In this document: in pieces, positions 15,190-28,384 of the stretch | How the letters are laid out: each line of letters begins with the position of its first letter | Position numbering within the stretch: the stretch's first letter is position 1 | Assembly: GCF_055900595.2 (NCBI RefSeq) | Contig: NZ_CM148325.1 | Reading direction: 5' to 3' (one strand) | DNA: 64,000 bases | Made by a program: the position numbers and the translations under genes | Notes under the pieces: model-generated | What the model was told of the DNA's origin: nothing | Databases searched by the model: none | What the model saw: only the letters and a program-made list of their open reading frames with translations

Positions 15190-16147
15190 GTTGTAATCGT
15201 TGTTGCTGAAGGGTCGGTTGGGTTATCCGATGGATGAGTACATCAATCGCCAGCTCCCCCAGTTCATCTTTCGGTTGATGGATAGTGGTTAATGGTGGCG
15301 TCATAAAGCTTGCCAGTTCGATATCGTCATAGCCAATCACCGCGATATCCTGCGGAACCTGTAACTCTGCCTGATATAGCGCCTGGTAAACGCCAACAGC
15401 CATAGCGTCATTTCCGGTAAAGACGGCCTGAGGACGCAGCGGATGTGATAACAGTTGGCGCATAGCGTCAAACCCGCCGTTAAATTCAAAATCACCAGTG
15501 ACTTCATAGCCATCAGGAATGTTGAGACCCGCACGTTTCATCGCCGCCCGATAACCTTCCAACCGCAGGCGCGCCGGAGTTTTATCCAGCGGGCCGGTAA
15601 TACAGGCGATACGGGTATGACCTTTATCGATCAGATATTGCGTTGCTAAGTCTCCGCCCAGCAACGAATTATCCTGAATGAGATCGCTGTCGCCATCGAA
15701 TGGTGCCCAGTCCATCATCACGGTAGGCACTGTCGGATAACGTTGCATGATTTCACGCGAAGGCTGATGCGTTTCGGTGCACAGTAACAGCAAGCCATCA
15801 ACGCGCTTTTGCATCAGCGTTTCCAGATTACGATTCATCCGCTGCTCATCGCCTTCGGTATTGCAAAGAACAAGACTATAGCCGCGCTCGAAGCAGCTGC
15901 GTTCAACGCCACGCACCAGTTCAGAATAAAAAGGATTGGTACTGGCAGTAATCAACATGCCAATGGTTCGAGTCTGATTGAGCTTGAGGCTACGCGCCAG
16001 AGCTGATGGCGCGTAATTGAGTTCTTTAATTGCCGCTTCAACTTTGGCAGTAATCGCTTCACTGACGAAGCGATCTTTATTGATGACGTGAGAAACTGTT
16101 GAGGTAGAAACGCCCGCCAGGCGGGCAACATCTTTCATTGTAGCCAA
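15155..16147 (-). CDS. rbsR: Ribose operon repressor, LacI family (330 aa)
   Basis: N-terminal LacI-type HTH ([23 protein letters not shown]); adjacent to rbsK. Confidence 0.92.
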
Positions 16148-16150
16148 GCG

Positions 16151-17080
16151 TCACCTCTGCCTGTCTAAAAATGCGTCGATCTCTTCACGCCATGGAACGG
16201 AAGGTTGTGCGCCTTTGCGCGTTACAGCAATCGCTGCGGCGGCATGAGCAAAACGAATCGCCTCCGGCAACGGTTTTTCTTCCAGCAACGCCGTGATTAA
16301 CGCGCCGTTAAAAGTATCTCCGGCAGCAATGGTATCGACAGCCTGCACCCGGAATCCAGGAACGCGCTGACCTTCACCATTCACGCTAGCCCATACACCA
16401 CGACTTCCTAAAGTAATCAGTACAGTACGGATACCTTTTTCATGCAGTACCTGCGCCGCTTTCGCTGCATCTTCATCATTTTCAACACGAATATCGGTGA
16501 GCTTTTCTGCTTCCGTTTCGTTTGGCGTAATAATGTCCACCAGCGCCAGCAGTTCGTCAGGAAGTTCGCGAGCCGGAGCCGGGTTAAGCGCAACGATAGT
16601 CTTATTTTGATGGGCGATTTTCGCCGCTGCCATCACACTTTCGAGTGGTGATTCCAGCTGCATTAATAATGCCGATGCGTTAGCAATACGCTCACGTTGC
16701 GCCTCCACCAGCGCAGGGGAAAGGGCTGCGTTAGCGCCGGCATGAATACCAATGACATTCTCACCTTCGCCATTAACAAAAATCAGCGCCACACCTGTTG
16801 ATTCGCCTTTGATCACGCTCACCGGAGAAATATCGATGTTATCAGTGGCGAGCTGCTGGCGAACGCTCTCACCAATGCTGTCATCACCCGTACAGGCAAT
16901 AAACGCGATATTCGCACCGCTACGCCCTGCAGCCACAGCCTGATTCGCGCCTTTGCCGCCAAATGCAACCTGATAGTGGTTACCGGTTACGGTTTCGCCT
17001 GGAGTAGGAAAAGATTGAAGATTAAGAATGTGGTCAGCATTAATGCTGCCAAGAACAACGAGGCTGCCTGCGTTTTGCAT
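16151..17080 (-). CDS. rbsK: Ribokinase (309 aa)
   Basis: Track ORF 16151..17107 trimmed to the Met of MQNAGSLVVLGSINADH; PfkB-family motifs. Confidence 0.9.
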   Translation of the reverse strand: MQNAGSLVVLGSINADHILNLQSFPTPGETVTGNHYQVAFGGKGANQAVAAGRSGANIAFIACTGDDSIGESVRQQLATDNIDISPVSVIKGESTGVALIFVNGEGENVIGIHAGANAALSPALVEAQRERIANASALLMQLESPLESVMAAAKIAHQNKTIVALNPAPARELPDELLALVDIITPNETEAEKLTDIRVENDEDAAKAAQVLHEKGIRTVLITLGSRGVWASVNGEGQRVPGFRVQAVDTIAAGDTFNGALITALLEEKPLPEAIRFAHAAAAIAVTRKGAQPSVPWREEIDAFLDRQR

Positions 17081-17205
17081 ATTCGGGATGTCCATAAAAT
17101 GCGCCACCGTGTTAGGGTGGCGCGTGCCCTGCTTTTCTTTATTTTACACGTTCATCTGTCGATGACGTATTTATGTCACCATCAGGTCATACAACCTGAT
17201 TAAAA

Positions 17206-18096
17206 CTACTGCTTAACAACCAGTTTCAGATCAACCGGATACTTAGCCTGAACTTTCTCGCCTTTCAGCACTTTATCGGCGGTTTCGACGCCTTTCGCGC
17301 CAATCTGATCGGGTAGCTGAGCGATAGTCGCTGCTAGTTTGCCATCATTCACCGCTTTTTCGCCATCCGGTGTACCGTCAAATCCGACGACCATCACATC
17401 CGATTTACCAGCAGTTTGCAGTGCGCGCAGCGCGCCCAGCGCCATTTCATCATTCTGCGCGAACACAGCCTGAACATCCGGATGAGCGGTCAACAGGTTC
17501 TGCATTACGTTCAAACCTTTGGTGCGGTCAAAGTCCGCTGGCTGGCTGGCAAGAACATTAAACTTGTGAGCAGCAACGGCCTGCTGGAAACCTTCGCCAC
17601 GCTCACGGGCTGCGGAGGTACCGGCAATGCCTTGCAGCTCGATAACTTTGGCTCCTTCGCCCGCTTTCTTCGCGATGTAATCACCGGCGATTTTGCCGCC
17701 CAGTACGTTATCAGAAGCAATATGGCTCACTACTTCACCTTTCGTTGCCTGGCGGTCAAGAGTGATAACCGGGATATTCGCCTGGTTAGCCATCTTCACA
17801 GCATTACCCACTGCGTCGGAGTCGGTCGGGTTAATTAGCAGAATTTTGGTGCCGCGAACGGTTAAGTCCTGCACGTTCGCCAGCTCTTTCGCCGGGTTGT
17901 TCTGGGAGTCCAGCACCACCAGGTTATAGCCGAGTTTATCCGCCTCTTTCTGCGCGCCATCTTTCAGCGATACAAAGAACGGGTTGTTAAGCGTGGAGAC
18001 CACCAGCGCGATGGTGTCTTTTGCCATCGCATTCGCACTGACGGTGGCGCTTAGCGCAACAGCGGAAACCAGGGTAGCCAGTTTTTTCATGTTCAT
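17206..18096 (-). CDS. rbsB: Ribose ABC transporter periplasmic binding protein (296 aa)
   Basis: Signal peptide [23 protein letters not shown]; periplasmic sugar-binding fold; start trimmed by two codons. Confidence 0.92.
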   Translation of the reverse strand: MNMKKLATLVSAVALSATVSANAMAKDTIALVVSTLNNPFFVSLKDGAQKEADKLGYNLVVLDSQNNPAKELANVQDLTVRGTKILLINPTDSDAVGNAVKMANQANIPVITLDRQATKGEVVSHIASDNVLGGKIAGDYIAKKAGEGAKVIELQGIAGTSAARERGEGFQQAVAAHKFNVLASQPADFDRTKGLNVMQNLLTAHPDVQAVFAQNDEMALGALRALQTAGKSDVMVVGFDGTPDGEKAVNDGKLAATIAQLPDQIGAKGVETADKVLKGEKVQAKYPVDLKLVVKQ

Positions 18097-18120
18097 ATTC
18101 AAGATGTCCTGTAGTCGTTA

Positions 18121-19086
18121 TTACTGTTTTTTGTTGTCTACCAGCACCGCCAGCAAAATCACCACCGCTTTGACGATCATCTGGTAATAGGAGGAAACAC
18201 CTAACAAATTCAATCCATTATTAAGGAAGCCAAGAATTAATGCGCCGATCAACGTCCCAACAATGCGACCTTTTCCGCCCGCCAGACTCGTACCGCCCAG
18301 AACCACCGCAGCAATAGCATCCAGCTCATAGCCAGTTCCCGCAGTGGGTTGTGCGGAGGAGAGACGCGCCACTTCAATGATCCCGGCCAGCGATGCCAGC
18401 AGACCACAAAGAGAATAGACGATGATTTTGATTTTATTGACGTTGATACCAGAAAGGCGCGTAGCCGCTTCGTTGCCGCCCAGCGCGTAGATGTAACGCC
18501 CCAAACGTGTGTGATGCAGCATGTACCAGGCCGCGAGGAACACAATCCCCATGATCCAGACTGGCGTCGGTACGCCCAGCGGACGACCAATACCAAACCA
18601 GCCGAACAGATCGGCGTTCTCAGTAAAGCCGGTATTCACTGGGCTACCGTTGGTATAAACCATGGTCACGCCGCGCAGTAAAAGCATCATAACCAGCGTA
18701 GCGATAAACGCCTGGACGCGACCTTTCGCAACAATCACCCCGGTTACCGCACCAATAGCGGCACCTAACGCGAGAGCGGCAGCGACAGCCACCAGCGCAT
18801 TGACTTCAATGCCGACGATAGATGCAGCCACTGCGCCAGTCAGCGCCAATAGAGAACCTACCGACAAGTCGATGCCCGACGTCAGGATCACCAGCGTCAT
18901 CCCGACCGCCATAATGGCGTTCACCGAGGTTTGCTGGAGAATATTGAATAAGTTATTGATGGTGAAAAAGTTCGGGCTTAATGTCGAGACAATCGCGATC
19001 AGCACCAGCAGAGCGATAAGCGATTTCTGCTCCATCAGCCATGCTTTCGTGAAATAACGGCGACCAGAGACAGTCTGGGTTGTCAT
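18121..19086 (-). CDS. rbsC: Ribose ABC transporter permease (321 aa)
   Basis: Polytopic membrane protein in operon position between rbsA and rbsB. Confidence 0.92.
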   Translation of the reverse strand: MTTQTVSGRRYFTKAWLMEQKSLIALLVLIAIVSTLSPNFFTINNLFNILQQTSVNAIMAVGMTLVILTSGIDLSVGSLLALTGAVAASIVGIEVNALVAVAAALALGAAIGAVTGVIVAKGRVQAFIATLVMMLLLRGVTMVYTNGSPVNTGFTENADLFGWFGIGRPLGVPTPVWIMGIVFLAAWYMLHHTRLGRYIYALGGNEAATRLSGINVNKIKIIVYSLCGLLASLAGIIEVARLSSAQPTAGTGYELDAIAAVVLGGTSLAGGKGRIVGTLIGALILGFLNNGLNLLGVSSYYQMIVKAVVILLAVLVDNKKQ

Positions 19087-19090
19087 TTTT

Positions 19091-20596
19091 TTACTCCTGA
19101 TTCACGCGATTAAGCTTGCCCACAGCGGCAGCCATTAACACTTCCTGGGTGGCCCGCTCACGAGTAAATTCCCCGCTGAGATGCCCTTCATGCATGACGA
19201 TGATGCGATCGCTCATGCCTAATACTTCTGGCATCTCCGATGACACCAGAATGATGCTCAAGCCATCGGCTTTGAACTGGTTAATCAGTTGATAGATCTC
19301 TTTTTTCGCACCAACATCTACGCCACGGGTAGGTTCATCAAGAATCAACACTTTGGGGCGTGTCATCAGTCCACGGGCAATCGCCACTTTTTGCTGATTG
19401 CCACCGGAGAGCAAACCAATTGCCTGTTCCATCGACGGCGTTTTCACATTAAACAGACGAATAAAATCACTCACTGCCTGCTGTTCATCGGCATGCTTCA
19501 AACTGCCGCCAGTACGGCTAAAGTAACGCAGCGCAGTCAGCGACATATTCTCTTTGACTGACATACCCAGCACTAAACCGTCACGTTTGCGGTCTTCGGA
19601 GATATACACAATGCCGTTTGCCAGGCCATCCTGCGGTGAACGGGTAACGACTTCATGCCCATCCAGAGTGACGTAACCGCTGGTACGCGGCAGTGCGCCG
19701 TAGAGCACTTTCATCAGTTCGGTACGCCCCGCGCCCATCAAACCAGAGACGCCAAGAATTTCACCTTTGCGTAAGGTAAATGAAACATCATTAACGCCAG
19801 GTCCGCAGAGATTATCGACTTTCAGGCGGATATCGCCCGGCGCTTTGTCCAGGTGTGGATATTGATCTTCCAGCTTGCGGCCCACCATCATCTCAATCAG
19901 CGAATCTTCGGTCAGTGATGCCACTTCGCGCTCAGCAATAAATTGCCCGTCACGAAAAACAGTAACGTCATCGCAAATTTCGAAGATTTCTTTCATGCGG
20001 TGGGAGATATAGACAATACCGCGGCCTTGCGATTTCAGCTCGCGGATGACGCGGAACAGGGATTCGGTTTCGGTATCGGTCAGCGCATCGGTCGGTTCAT
20101 CCATAATGATGACTTTCGACTCAAAGCTCAGCACTTTGGCGATTTCAACCATTTGCTGGTCACCGATGGAAAGATCGCCCACCAGCTTGTCACTTTTAAA
20201 ACGCAGGTTAAGTTTAGCCAGCAATTTATCCGCTTCGGCATACATGGTTTTCCAGTCAATTTTGCCAAAGCGATTAACAAACTCACGACCGAGGAAAATG
20301 TTTTCGGCAATGGTTAACTGCGGGATCAGGTTCAGTTCCTGATGGATGATTCCAATGCCGGCTTCCTGGGAGGATTTCGGCCCGGTAAACGTTGTTTCTT
20401 TCCCCAGCCATAAAAGCGTACCGGCATCACGCGTATAGATACCAGTAAGCACTTTCATCATGGTGGATTTACCCGCGCCGTTTTCACCCACCAGCGCCAT
20501 TACACGCCCCGGATAGACATTTAACGCGGCGCCCGAGAGGGCTTTTACGCCCGGAAAGGCTTTATCAATGCCTTTAAGCTGTAGTAATGCTTCCAT
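19091..20596 (-). CDS. rbsA: Ribose ABC transporter ATP-binding protein with duplicated ATPase domains (501 aa)
   Basis: Two ABC cassettes, each with a Walker A motif (GENGAGKST and a second copy). Confidence 0.93.
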   Translation of the reverse strand: MEALLQLKGIDKAFPGVKALSGAALNVYPGRVMALVGENGAGKSTMMKVLTGIYTRDAGTLLWLGKETTFTGPKSSQEAGIGIIHQELNLIPQLTIAENIFLGREFVNRFGKIDWKTMYAEADKLLAKLNLRFKSDKLVGDLSIGDQQMVEIAKVLSFESKVIIMDEPTDALTDTETESLFRVIRELKSQGRGIVYISHRMKEIFEICDDVTVFRDGQFIAEREVASLTEDSLIEMMVGRKLEDQYPHLDKAPGDIRLKVDNLCGPGVNDVSFTLRKGEILGVSGLMGAGRTELMKVLYGALPRTSGYVTLDGHEVVTRSPQDGLANGIVYISEDRKRDGLVLGMSVKENMSLTALRYFSRTGGSLKHADEQQAVSDFIRLFNVKTPSMEQAIGLLSGGNQQKVAIARGLMTRPKVLILDEPTRGVDVGAKKEIYQLINQFKADGLSIILVSSEMPEVLGMSDRIIVMHEGHLSGEFTRERATQEVLMAAAVGKLNRVNQE

Positions 20597-20603
20597 GACG
20601 GCC

Positions 20604-21023
20604 TCAGAACGTCACGCCAGCACAGAGAATGATATTCGCATACGGAGAACATTCTCCGCTGCGAATTACCGCCTGACTTTCTGCGGTTTGTTGTTTGAAT
20701 TGTTCATGCGTGGTGTAACGAATTTCAATGGTATTTCCCTGGTGTTTTTGCAGCTGCTCAAGGTGAGTGAGCAACGTTTCGTGGAGTTGCGGATTATGTT
20801 GTTTGATCTCTTCCGCGATAATGGCAGCCTCGACCTGCATTTCATTTGTGACGACGCCCAGCACCTGCATAAAAGAAGGTACACCCTGGGTTAATGCCAT
20901 ATCGATACGCGTTGTACTTTTGGGGATGGGTAAACCAGCATCACACACCACCAACGTATCGGTATGTCCCAGACGGGAGATCACCGAAGAAATATCAGAA
21001 TTAAGAACGGTGCCTTTTTTCAT
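20604..21023 (-). CDS. rbsD: D-ribose pyranase (139 aa)
   Basis: Track ORF 20604..21035 trimmed to the Met of [20 protein letters not shown]; first gene of the rbs operon. Confidence 0.9.
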   Translation of the reverse strand: MKKGTVLNSDISSVISRLGHTDTLVVCDAGLPIPKSTTRIDMALTQGVPSFMQVLGVVTNEMQVEAAIIAEEIKQHNPQLHETLLTHLEQLQKHQGNTIEIRYTTHEQFKQQTAESQAVIRSGECSPYANIILCAGVTF

Positions 21024-21044
21024 TTTTTTCTCCATCAGCGAAAC

Positions 21045-21064
21045 GTTTCGCTGACCCGCAGTTT
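21045..21064. promoter_or_regulatory. Perfect 20-bp palindrome TCAGCGAAACGTTTCGCTGA, a candidate RbsR operator in the rbs promoter
   Basis: Exact inverted repeat about 22 bp upstream of the rbsD start codon; LacI-family operators are typically palindromes of this size. Confidence 0.75.
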
Positions 21065-21189
21065 AATCCTGACTGAGTTGGGAAAACCATCGTGACGTTA
21101 CGGAAATGTGATCAACATCGAAACGTTTTACATGGTGATTAACCATGAAAACAAAAACGCCCCCTTATGGAGAAAGGAGGCGTCTGGCG

Positions 21190-23058
21190 TTAAATTTCGA
21201 CCTGAGTACCCAGTTCGATAACCCTGTTTGGCGGGATTTCAAATTGATCCGGTGCGCGCAGCGCATTACGTTGCAACAGCAAATACAGCTTGCCGCGCAA
21301 ACGCAAATACCACGGACGTTTGCCGAGGATCAGTGATTCATGCGACATAAAGAAGGAGGTTTCCATCATCCGGCAACTTAACCCTTCCAGACCACAGCGG
21401 TGGAAAACTTCTTCCACGTTTGGCGTTTCCCGCCATCCATAACTTGCCACCACGCGCCAGAAAGTGGACGACAGTTGTTCAATCTGTACCCGACGGACGT
21501 TATGGACATATGGCGCGTCTTCAGTGCGCAGAGTTAACAGAATCACCCGCTCATGCAACACCTTGTTATGTTTCAGGTTATGCATCAGTGCAAAGGGAAT
21601 GACGTTGATTGCACGCGACATATACACCGCGGTCCCTGGCACGCGAACGGGCGGTGATTTCTCCAGCGAAGCAATCATCGCTTCCAGAGAGTTGCCATGT
21701 TCATGCATCCGCCGCAGCAAGCGGAAACGCTCGCTCTTCCAGGTAGTCATCACGATAAACATTACCGTACCGAGACTCAGTGGCAACCAGCCGCCGGAGA
21801 GCAGTTTATCGAGGTTAGCGGTGAACAATGGAATATCAACACAAAGGAAAGCAATCAGGATCAGCGCAACAAAATACTTATTCCAGTGCCAGTTCTGACG
21901 TGCCACAGTAGTTGAGAGAATAGACGTCAGTACCATGGTTCCGGTCACCGCAATCCCGTACGCCGCCGCCAGGTTGCTGGAGTGCTCAAAGCTGACAATC
22001 ACAATCACGACCGCGACATAGAGCATCCAGTTCACAAACGGAATATAGATTTGCCCTGACTCCATTTCGGAGGTGTGAATAATGCGCATCGGCGACAAAT
22101 ATCCCAGACGTACCGCCTGACGCGTCAATGAGAAGACGCCAGAAATAACCGCCTGCGAGGCAATTACCGTCGCCAGTGCGGCGATGATCAGCAGCGGGAT
22201 CAGCGCCCAGTCCGGTGCCAACAGGAAGAACGGGTTCTTAATTGCTTCCGGGTTCTTTAACAACAGAGCGCCCTGGCCAAAGTAATTAAGAGTTAATGAA
22301 GGCAATACGACGGTGAACCACACCAGGCGAATCGGGAACTTACCAAAGTGCCCCATATCAGCGTACAGCGCCTCGACACCGGTAATCGACAGCACCACTG
22401 CCCCTAACGCAATAAACGAAACCGTTTTATATTCAAGGAAGAAATGCACCGCCCACATCGGATTCAACGCATGCAGTACTTCCGGGTTAGCAATAATGCT
22501 ACGCACCCCCAGTCCCGCCAGAATCAAAAACCAGGTCAGCATGATAGGCGCAAACAGCTTACCGACCATAGCAGTGCCATGTTTTTGAATCATAAATAGT
22601 AAAGTCAGAACGATGATTGAGAGGGGAACTATCCAGGTATCCAGCTGCGGAGCGACGATTTCCAGACCTTCAATGGCAGACATCACCGAAATAGCGGGTG
22701 TTATGACGACTTCACCATAGAAAAAGCTGCCGCCGATTAGCCCCATAATAACCAGCATTGATGTCGTTCGCGCCGACGTATTACGCCCGGCAAGCGACAT
22801 CAACGTCAGAATGCCCCCTTCCCCGGCGTTATCTGCCCGCATCACGAAGGTGAGATATTTAATGGAAACCACAAAGATTAGCAGCCAGAAGATCAGCGAT
22901 AAAAAGCCAAACACGGCATCGCGTTCAACGCCAAAACCAAACTGGCCGGACAAACATTCACGAAGTGTATATAACGGGCTGGTACCAATATCGCCGTAGA
23001 CAACTCCAATCGCCGCGAGGGTAATCGCGGGCAACGATTGCTTATTATCAGTGCTCAT
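21190..23058 (-). CDS. kup: Low-affinity K+ uptake transporter Kup/TrkD (622 aa)
   Basis: 622-aa polytopic membrane protein with a soluble C-terminal domain; synteny between rbsD and ravA. Confidence 0.92.
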   Translation of the reverse strand: MSTDNKQSLPAITLAAIGVVYGDIGTSPLYTLRECLSGQFGFGVERDAVFGFLSLIFWLLIFVVSIKYLTFVMRADNAGEGGILTLMSLAGRNTSARTTSMLVIMGLIGGSFFYGEVVITPAISVMSAIEGLEIVAPQLDTWIVPLSIIVLTLLFMIQKHGTAMVGKLFAPIMLTWFLILAGLGVRSIIANPEVLHALNPMWAVHFFLEYKTVSFIALGAVVLSITGVEALYADMGHFGKFPIRLVWFTVVLPSLTLNYFGQGALLLKNPEAIKNPFFLLAPDWALIPLLIIAALATVIASQAVISGVFSLTRQAVRLGYLSPMRIIHTSEMESGQIYIPFVNWMLYVAVVIVIVSFEHSSNLAAAYGIAVTGTMVLTSILSTTVARQNWHWNKYFVALILIAFLCVDIPLFTANLDKLLSGGWLPLSLGTVMFIVMTTWKSERFRLLRRMHEHGNSLEAMIASLEKSPPVRVPGTAVYMSRAINVIPFALMHNLKHNKVLHERVILLTLRTEDAPYVHNVRRVQIEQLSSTFWRVVASYGWRETPNVEEVFHRCGLEGLSCRMMETSFFMSHESLILGKRPWYLRLRGKLYLLLQRNALRAPDQFEIPPNRVIELGTQVEI

Positions 23059-23280
23059 AGACTAGTCTTTCGTTGAAATATGAAATGTGTGCTTAGTCCC
23101 TTGGCCCACAAAAAAGCGCACAGTATGCACGATTAACGACAAAATCGTACTCCTAAATGCGGCCACATTAACCTGGCTCAAAGAAAAATAGACCTCTTTT
23201 GAGACTATTTTAGCCACCAGCAAGAAACGTCTATACTCGCAATTTACGCAGAACTTTTGACGAAAGGACGCCACTTCATT

Positions 23281-24777
23281 ATGGCTCACCCTCATTTATT
23301 AGCGGAAAGAATTTCCCGCCTGAGCAGTTCGTTGGAAAAGGGGCTTTATGAACGTAGCCACGCCATCCGCTTGTGTTTATTAGCGGCATTAAGTGGTGAA
23401 AGTGTGTTCCTCCTTGGCCCGCCAGGCATTGCCAAAAGTTTGATCGCCCGGCGCTTAAAATTCGCCTTTCAGAATGCCCGCGCGTTTGAATATCTGATGA
23501 CCCGCTTCTCCACGCCGGAAGAAGTTTTTGGTCCCCTTTCTATTCAGGCGCTAAAAGATGAAGGGCGCTATGAACGTTTAACCAGCGGTTACCTGCCGGA
23601 AGCAGAAATCGTCTTTCTGGATGAGATCTGGAAAGCGGGCCCGGCAATTCTTAATACCTTGCTCACCGCCATTAACGAGCGCCAGTTCCGTAACGGTGCA
23701 CACGTAGAAAAAATCCCGATGCGTCTGCTGGTGGCGGCCTCCAACGAGCTGCCGGAAGCAGACAGCAGTCTGGAAGCGTTATATGACCGCATGCTGATTC
23801 GTCTGTGGTTAGATAAAGTGCAGGATAAAGCGAATTTCCGCTCCATGCTGACCAGTCAACAGGATGAAAATGACAATCCGGTTCCTGCCTCCTTGCAGGT
23901 CACTGATGAAGAATATGAACGCTGGCAGAAAGAGATTGGTGAAATTACGCTGCCCGATCATGTATTTGAGCTGATTTTTATGCTGCGCCAGCAACTGGAT
24001 AAATTACCGGATGCGCCTTATGTCTCGGATCGTCGCTGGAAAAAAGCGATCCGCTTATTGCAGGCCAGCGCCTTTTTTAGCGGTCGCAGTGCTGTTGCCC
24101 CGGTAGATCTCATTTTGCTGAAAGATTGCCTGTGGTATGACGCGCAAAGCCTGAATTTGATACAACAACAAATTGATGTATTGATGACCGGTCATGCCTG
24201 GCAACAGCAAGGGATGTTGACCCGCCTGGGCGCGATTGTGCAACGTCACCTGCAACTACAGCAGCAACAAAGCGATAAAACAGCCTTAACGGTAATTCGT
24301 CTGGGCGGCATTTTCAGCCGTCGTCAGCAGTATCAACTCCCTGTTAACGTTACTGCTTCCAATCTGACTCTGCTGCTGCAAAAACCGTTAAAACTGCATG
24401 ATATGGAAGTGGTTCATATCTCCTTTGAGCGTAGCGCGCTGGAACAGTGGCTGAGCAGAGGTGGTGAAATTCGCGGCAAACTGAACGGTATCGGCTTTGC
24501 CCAGAAACTGAATCTGGAAGTTGATAGCGCCCAACATCTTGTCGTACGCGATGTAAGTTTACAAGGCAGTACGCTGGCACTTCCCGGTTCATCGGCTGAA
24601 GGTCTGCCAGGTGAAATAAAACAACAACTGGAAGAGCTTGAAAGCGACTGGCGCAAGCAACACGCTTTATTCAGCGAACAGCAAAAATGTCTGTTTATCC
24701 CAGGCGACTGGTTAGGTCGCATTGAAGCCAGCCTACAGGATGTCGGCACCCAGATTCGCCAGGCACAACAATGCTAA
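23281..24777 (+). CDS. ravA: MoxR-family AAA+ ATPase RavA (498 aa)
   Basis: Walker A motif GPPGIAKS; track ORF 23257..24777 trimmed to the Met of [11 protein letters not shown]; overlaps the viaA start. Confidence 0.9.
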   Translation: MAHPHLLAERISRLSSSLEKGLYERSHAIRLCLLAALSGESVFLLGPPGIAKSLIARRLKFAFQNARAFEYLMTRFSTPEEVFGPLSIQALKDEGRYERLTSGYLPEAEIVFLDEIWKAGPAILNTLLTAINERQFRNGAHVEKIPMRLLVAASNELPEADSSLEALYDRMLIRLWLDKVQDKANFRSMLTSQQDENDNPVPASLQVTDEEYERWQKEIGEITLPDHVFELIFMLRQQLDKLPDAPYVSDRRWKKAIRLLQASAFFSGRSAVAPVDLILLKDCLWYDAQSLNLIQQQIDVLMTGHAWQQQGMLTRLGAIVQRHLQLQQQQSDKTALTVIRLGGIFSRRQQYQLPVNVTASNLTLLLQKPLKLHDMEVVHISFERSALEQWLSRGGEIRGKLNGIGFAQKLNLEVDSAQHLVVRDVSLQGSTLALPGSSAEGLPGEIKQQLEELESDWRKQHALFSEQQKCLFIPGDWLGRIEASLQDVGTQIRQAQQC

Positions 24778-26222
24778 CGCTGGATACGCTTAATGTGATG
24801 CTGGCCGTCAGCGAAGAGGGATTGATCGAAGAGATGATCATCGCGCTGCTGGCCTCACCGCAGCTGGCAGTCTTCTTTGAAAAATTCCCACGACTGAAGG
24901 CGGCAATCACTGATGATGTTCCCCGCTGGCGTGAGGCGCTTCGCAGTCGGCTGAAAGATGCCCGAGTCCCGCCGGAACTCACCGAAGAGGTGATGTGCTA
25001 TCAGGAAAGCCAGCTCCTCTCCACGCCGCAGTTTATTGTGCAGCTACCACAGATCCTGGACTTACTGCATCGTCTGAATTCCCCATGGGCAGAACAAGCC
25101 CGACAGTTGGTTGATGCTAACAGCACGATCACTTCAGCGTTACACACACTTTTTCTCCAGCGTTGGCGTTTAAGTCTGATCGTGCAAGCAACGACGTTAA
25201 ATCAACAGCTATTAGAAGAAGAACGCGAACAACTGTTGAGTGAAGTTCAGGAACGCATGACGCTGAGCGGGCAACTTGAACCGATTCTCGCAGATAACAA
25301 TACCGCAGCTGGTCGTCTGTGGGATATGAGCGCCGGTCAGCTTAAACGTGGCGACTATCAGTTGATTGTGAAATACGGTGAATTTCTTAACGAACAGCCG
25401 GAACTGAAACGCCTGGCAGAACAGTTGGGGCGTTCCCGGGAAGCCAAATCAATACCGCGCAACGATGCGCAGATGGAAACCTTCCGTACCATGGTGCGCG
25501 AACCGGCGACCGTTCCTGAGCAGGTTGATGGACTGCAACAAAGCGACGATATTTTACGCCTTCTACCACCGGAATTGGCGACGCTGGGGATAACGGAACT
25601 GGAATATGAGTTTTATCGTCGGCTGGTGGAAAAACAATTGCTCACCTATCGCCTTCACGGTGAGTCGTGGCGTGAAAAAGTGATCGAACGCCCGGTAGTT
25701 CATAAAGATTACGACGAACAGCCGCGCGGACCGTTTATTGTCTGCGTGGATACTTCCGGCTCAATGGGCGGCTTTAATGAACAGTGTGCGAAAGCGTTCT
25801 GTCTGGCATTGATGCGCATAGCCCTCGCTGAAAACCGGCGCTGCTATATTATGCTATTTTCCACCGAGATCGTCCGTTATGAGCTTTCAGGCCCACAAGG
25901 TATTGAGCAAGCGATCCGCTTTTTAAGTCAGCAGTTTCGTGGTGGCACCGATCTTGCCAGTTGTTTCCGCGCCATTATGGAACGCTTGCAAAGCCGGGAA
26001 TGGTTTGATGCCGATGCGGTGGTGATTTCTGATTTTATCGCCCAGCGGTTGCCTGATGATGTGACGAGCAAAGTGAAAGAGTTGCAGCGGGTACATCAGC
26101 ATCGCTTTCATGCCGTGGCGATGTCGGCACATGGCAAACCCGGCATCATGCGCATTTTCGATCATATCTGGCGCTTTGATACCGGGATGCGAAGCCGCCT
26201 GCTCAGACGCTGGCGGCGATAA
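24771..26222 (+). CDS. viaA: von Willebrand factor A domain protein ViaA (483 aa)
   Basis: VWA/MIDAS-like DTSGSM motif in the C-terminal part; 7-bp overlap with the ravA stop. Confidence 0.9.
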   Translation: MLTLDTLNVMLAVSEEGLIEEMIIALLASPQLAVFFEKFPRLKAAITDDVPRWREALRSRLKDARVPPELTEEVMCYQESQLLSTPQFIVQLPQILDLLHRLNSPWAEQARQLVDANSTITSALHTLFLQRWRLSLIVQATTLNQQLLEEEREQLLSEVQERMTLSGQLEPILADNNTAAGRLWDMSAGQLKRGDYQLIVKYGEFLNEQPELKRLAEQLGRSREAKSIPRNDAQMETFRTMVREPATVPEQVDGLQQSDDILRLLPPELATLGITELEYEFYRRLVEKQLLTYRLHGESWREKVIERPVVHKDYDEQPRGPFIVCVDTSGSMGGFNEQCAKAFCLALMRIALAENRRCYIMLFSTEIVRYELSGPQGIEQAIRFLSQQFRGGTDLASCFRAIMERLQSREWFDADAVVISDFIAQRLPDDVTSKVKELQRVHQHRFHAVAMSAHGKPGIMRIFDHIWRFDTGMRSRLLRRWRR

Positions 26223-26226
26223 ACAA

Positions 26227-27219
26227 TTACAGCAGAGAAGGGACGCTCTCGCGAACAGCAGTAGGCCATACACCACACTGAACCTGACCGATATGTGGTA
26301 GTTGCAACAGCAGCATGGTCAAACGAGACTGGCCGATACCGCCGCCAATGGTCTGCGGCATTTCACCGCGCAGCAGCGCCTGATGCCACTCCAGCTGCAG
26401 GCGATCTTCGTCACCGGTCAGCGCCAGCTGATGCTTCAACGTTTCGGCATCCACGCGAATCCCCATGGAAGAAAGCTCAAACGCATCTTCCAGTACCGGG
26501 TTCCACACCAGAATATCGCCGTTCAAACCCGCATGGCCCAGCTCTGACGGGGTGCTCCAGTCATCATAATCCGGTGCGCGCACGTCGTGACGATGACCAT
26601 CACTCAACTTGCCGCCAATCCCGACGAGGAATACCGCGCCAAGATCTTTCGCAATCGCCCGCTCACGTCCTTTGGCATCGAGATCCGGATAACGAGCCAG
26701 TAACTCCTGGCTGTGTACGAAGTGGATCTGATCCGGCAGGAACGGTGCCAGGCCAAACTCTTCGCTAACTGCAGCTTCGGTTGCTTTAATTCCCGCCCAG
26801 ATCGCCTCTACCGTGCTTTTCAGAGTCGAGAATTGACGCTCGCCGTCGCCCATTACGCGTTCCCAGTCCCACTGGTCAACATAGACCGAGTGCAACGGGG
26901 AAAGACGGTCTTCATCGGGGCGAAGGGCTTTCATGTGCGTGTACAGCCCTTCGCCTGCGCTGAAGTCGTGTTGCCCTAAGGTCTGACGTTTCCACTTCGC
27001 CAGTGAATGAACCACTTCGAACTGGGCATCAGGCAGAGCTTTCACTTTTACCTGCACCGCTTTTTCACAGCCCGACAAGTTATCCTGCGTGCCATCCCCC
27101 ACACGGCTAAGAATCGGCGCCTGGACTTCAATCAGCCCCAGACGTTCTTCCAGTTGACGAGAAAAGTGAGATTTCACGAAGCTAATTTGACGTTGTTTGG
27201 CAATGTAAGCGGTTTTCAT
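26227..27219 (-). CDS. asnA: Aspartate-ammonia ligase (asparagine synthetase A), 330 aa
   Basis: Class II aminoacyl-tRNA-synthetase-like fold protein; divergent from asnC. Confidence 0.93.
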   Translation of the reverse strand: MKTAYIAKQRQISFVKSHFSRQLEERLGLIEVQAPILSRVGDGTQDNLSGCEKAVQVKVKALPDAQFEVVHSLAKWKRQTLGQHDFSAGEGLYTHMKALRPDEDRLSPLHSVYVDQWDWERVMGDGERQFSTLKSTVEAIWAGIKATEAAVSEEFGLAPFLPDQIHFVHSQELLARYPDLDAKGRERAIAKDLGAVFLVGIGGKLSDGHRHDVRAPDYDDWSTPSELGHAGLNGDILVWNPVLEDAFELSSMGIRVDAETLKHQLALTGDEDRLQLEWHQALLRGEMPQTIGGGIGQSRLTMLLLQLPHIGQVQCGVWPTAVRESVPSLL

Positions 27220-27370
27220 TTTTTATACTCCTGCGTCCTGTTGCTTATGATTAAGCAACAAAAACCGACACACATGCAATAATCATTCAATAAAAAGCCT
27301 CATGCACTTTTGATTCATTAAAAAATAGGGCTAAAATAGAATGAATCATCAATCCGCATAAGAAAATCCT

Positions 27371-27829
27371 ATGGAAAATTATCTGATCGACAATCTGGAC
27401 CGTGGCATCCTGGAAGCATTAATGGGCAATGCGCGCACCGCTTACGCCGAACTGGCGAAACAATTTGGCGTCAGTCCGGGGACAATTCACGTTCGAGTAG
27501 AGAAAATGAAGCAGGCGGGGATCATTACCGGGGCACGTATTGATGTCAGCCCGAAGCAGCTCGGTTATGACGTAGGCTGCTTTATCGGCATTATATTAAA
27601 GAGCGCCAAAGACTATCCTTCCGCGCTGGCAAAGCTGGAAAGCCTCGATGAAGTCACTGAAGCCTATTACACAACTGGCCACTACAGCATCTTTATCAAA
27701 GTGATGTGCCGTTCGATCGATGCTCTCCAGCATGTACTTATCAACAAGATCCAAACAATTGATGAAATTCAGTCCACCGAGACATTGATCGTCCTGCAGA
27801 ACCCGATCATGCGTACCATCAAGCCCTGA
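27371..27829 (+). CDS. asnC: Lrp/AsnC-family transcriptional regulator (152 aa)
   Basis: N-terminal HTH and C-terminal regulatory domain typical of AsnC; synteny. Confidence 0.93.
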   Translation: MENYLIDNLDRGILEALMGNARTAYAELAKQFGVSPGTIHVRVEKMKQAGIITGARIDVSPKQLGYDVGCFIGIILKSAKDYPSALAKLESLDEVTEAYYTTGHYSIFIKVMCRSIDALQHVLINKIQTIDEIQSTETLIVLQNPIMRTIKP

Positions 27830-27918
27830 TCGGCTTTTTTAATCCCATACTTTTCCACAGGTAGATCCCAACGCGTTCACAGCGTACAATACGCCACTCT
27901 TAATAAAGGTGGCGGTTT

Positions 27919-28362
27919 ATGGCAGATATCACTCTTATCAGCGGCAGCACCCTCGGCGGTGCCGAATATGTAGCAGAACACCTGGCTGAAAAGCTGGAAG
28001 AGGCGGGTTTTACCACCGAAACGCTGCACGGTCCGCTGTTGGAAGATTTATCTGCCTCTGGGATCTGGCTGGTTATCAGCTCAACCCACGGTGCCGGAGA
28101 TATTCCGGACAACCTTTCTCCTTTCTATGAAGCATTGCAGGAACAGAAGCCCGATCTTTCTGCGGTCCGCTTTGGCGCAATCGGTATTGGTAGTCGTGAA
28201 TATGACACCTTTTGTGGGGCTATCGATAAACTCAAGGCAGAACTCAAAAATTCCGGTGCAAAACAGACAGGCGAAACACTGAAGATCAACATCCTTGATC
28301 ACGAAATTCCGGAAGATCCGGCAGAAGAATGGCTGGGATCGTGGATTAATTTACTCAAATAA
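27919..28362 (+). CDS. mioC: Flavodoxin-like FMN-binding protein MioC (147 aa)
   Basis: Flavodoxin signature (ISGSTLGGAEYVAE...); immediately flanks oriC. Confidence 0.92.
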   Translation: MADITLISGSTLGGAEYVAEHLAEKLEEAGFTTETLHGPLLEDLSASGIWLVISSTHGAGDIPDNLSPFYEALQEQKPDLSAVRFGAIGIGSREYDTFCGAIDKLKAELKNSGAKQTGETLKINILDHEIPEDPAEEWLGSWINLLK

Positions 28363-28384
28363 GTATACAGATCGTGCGATCTAC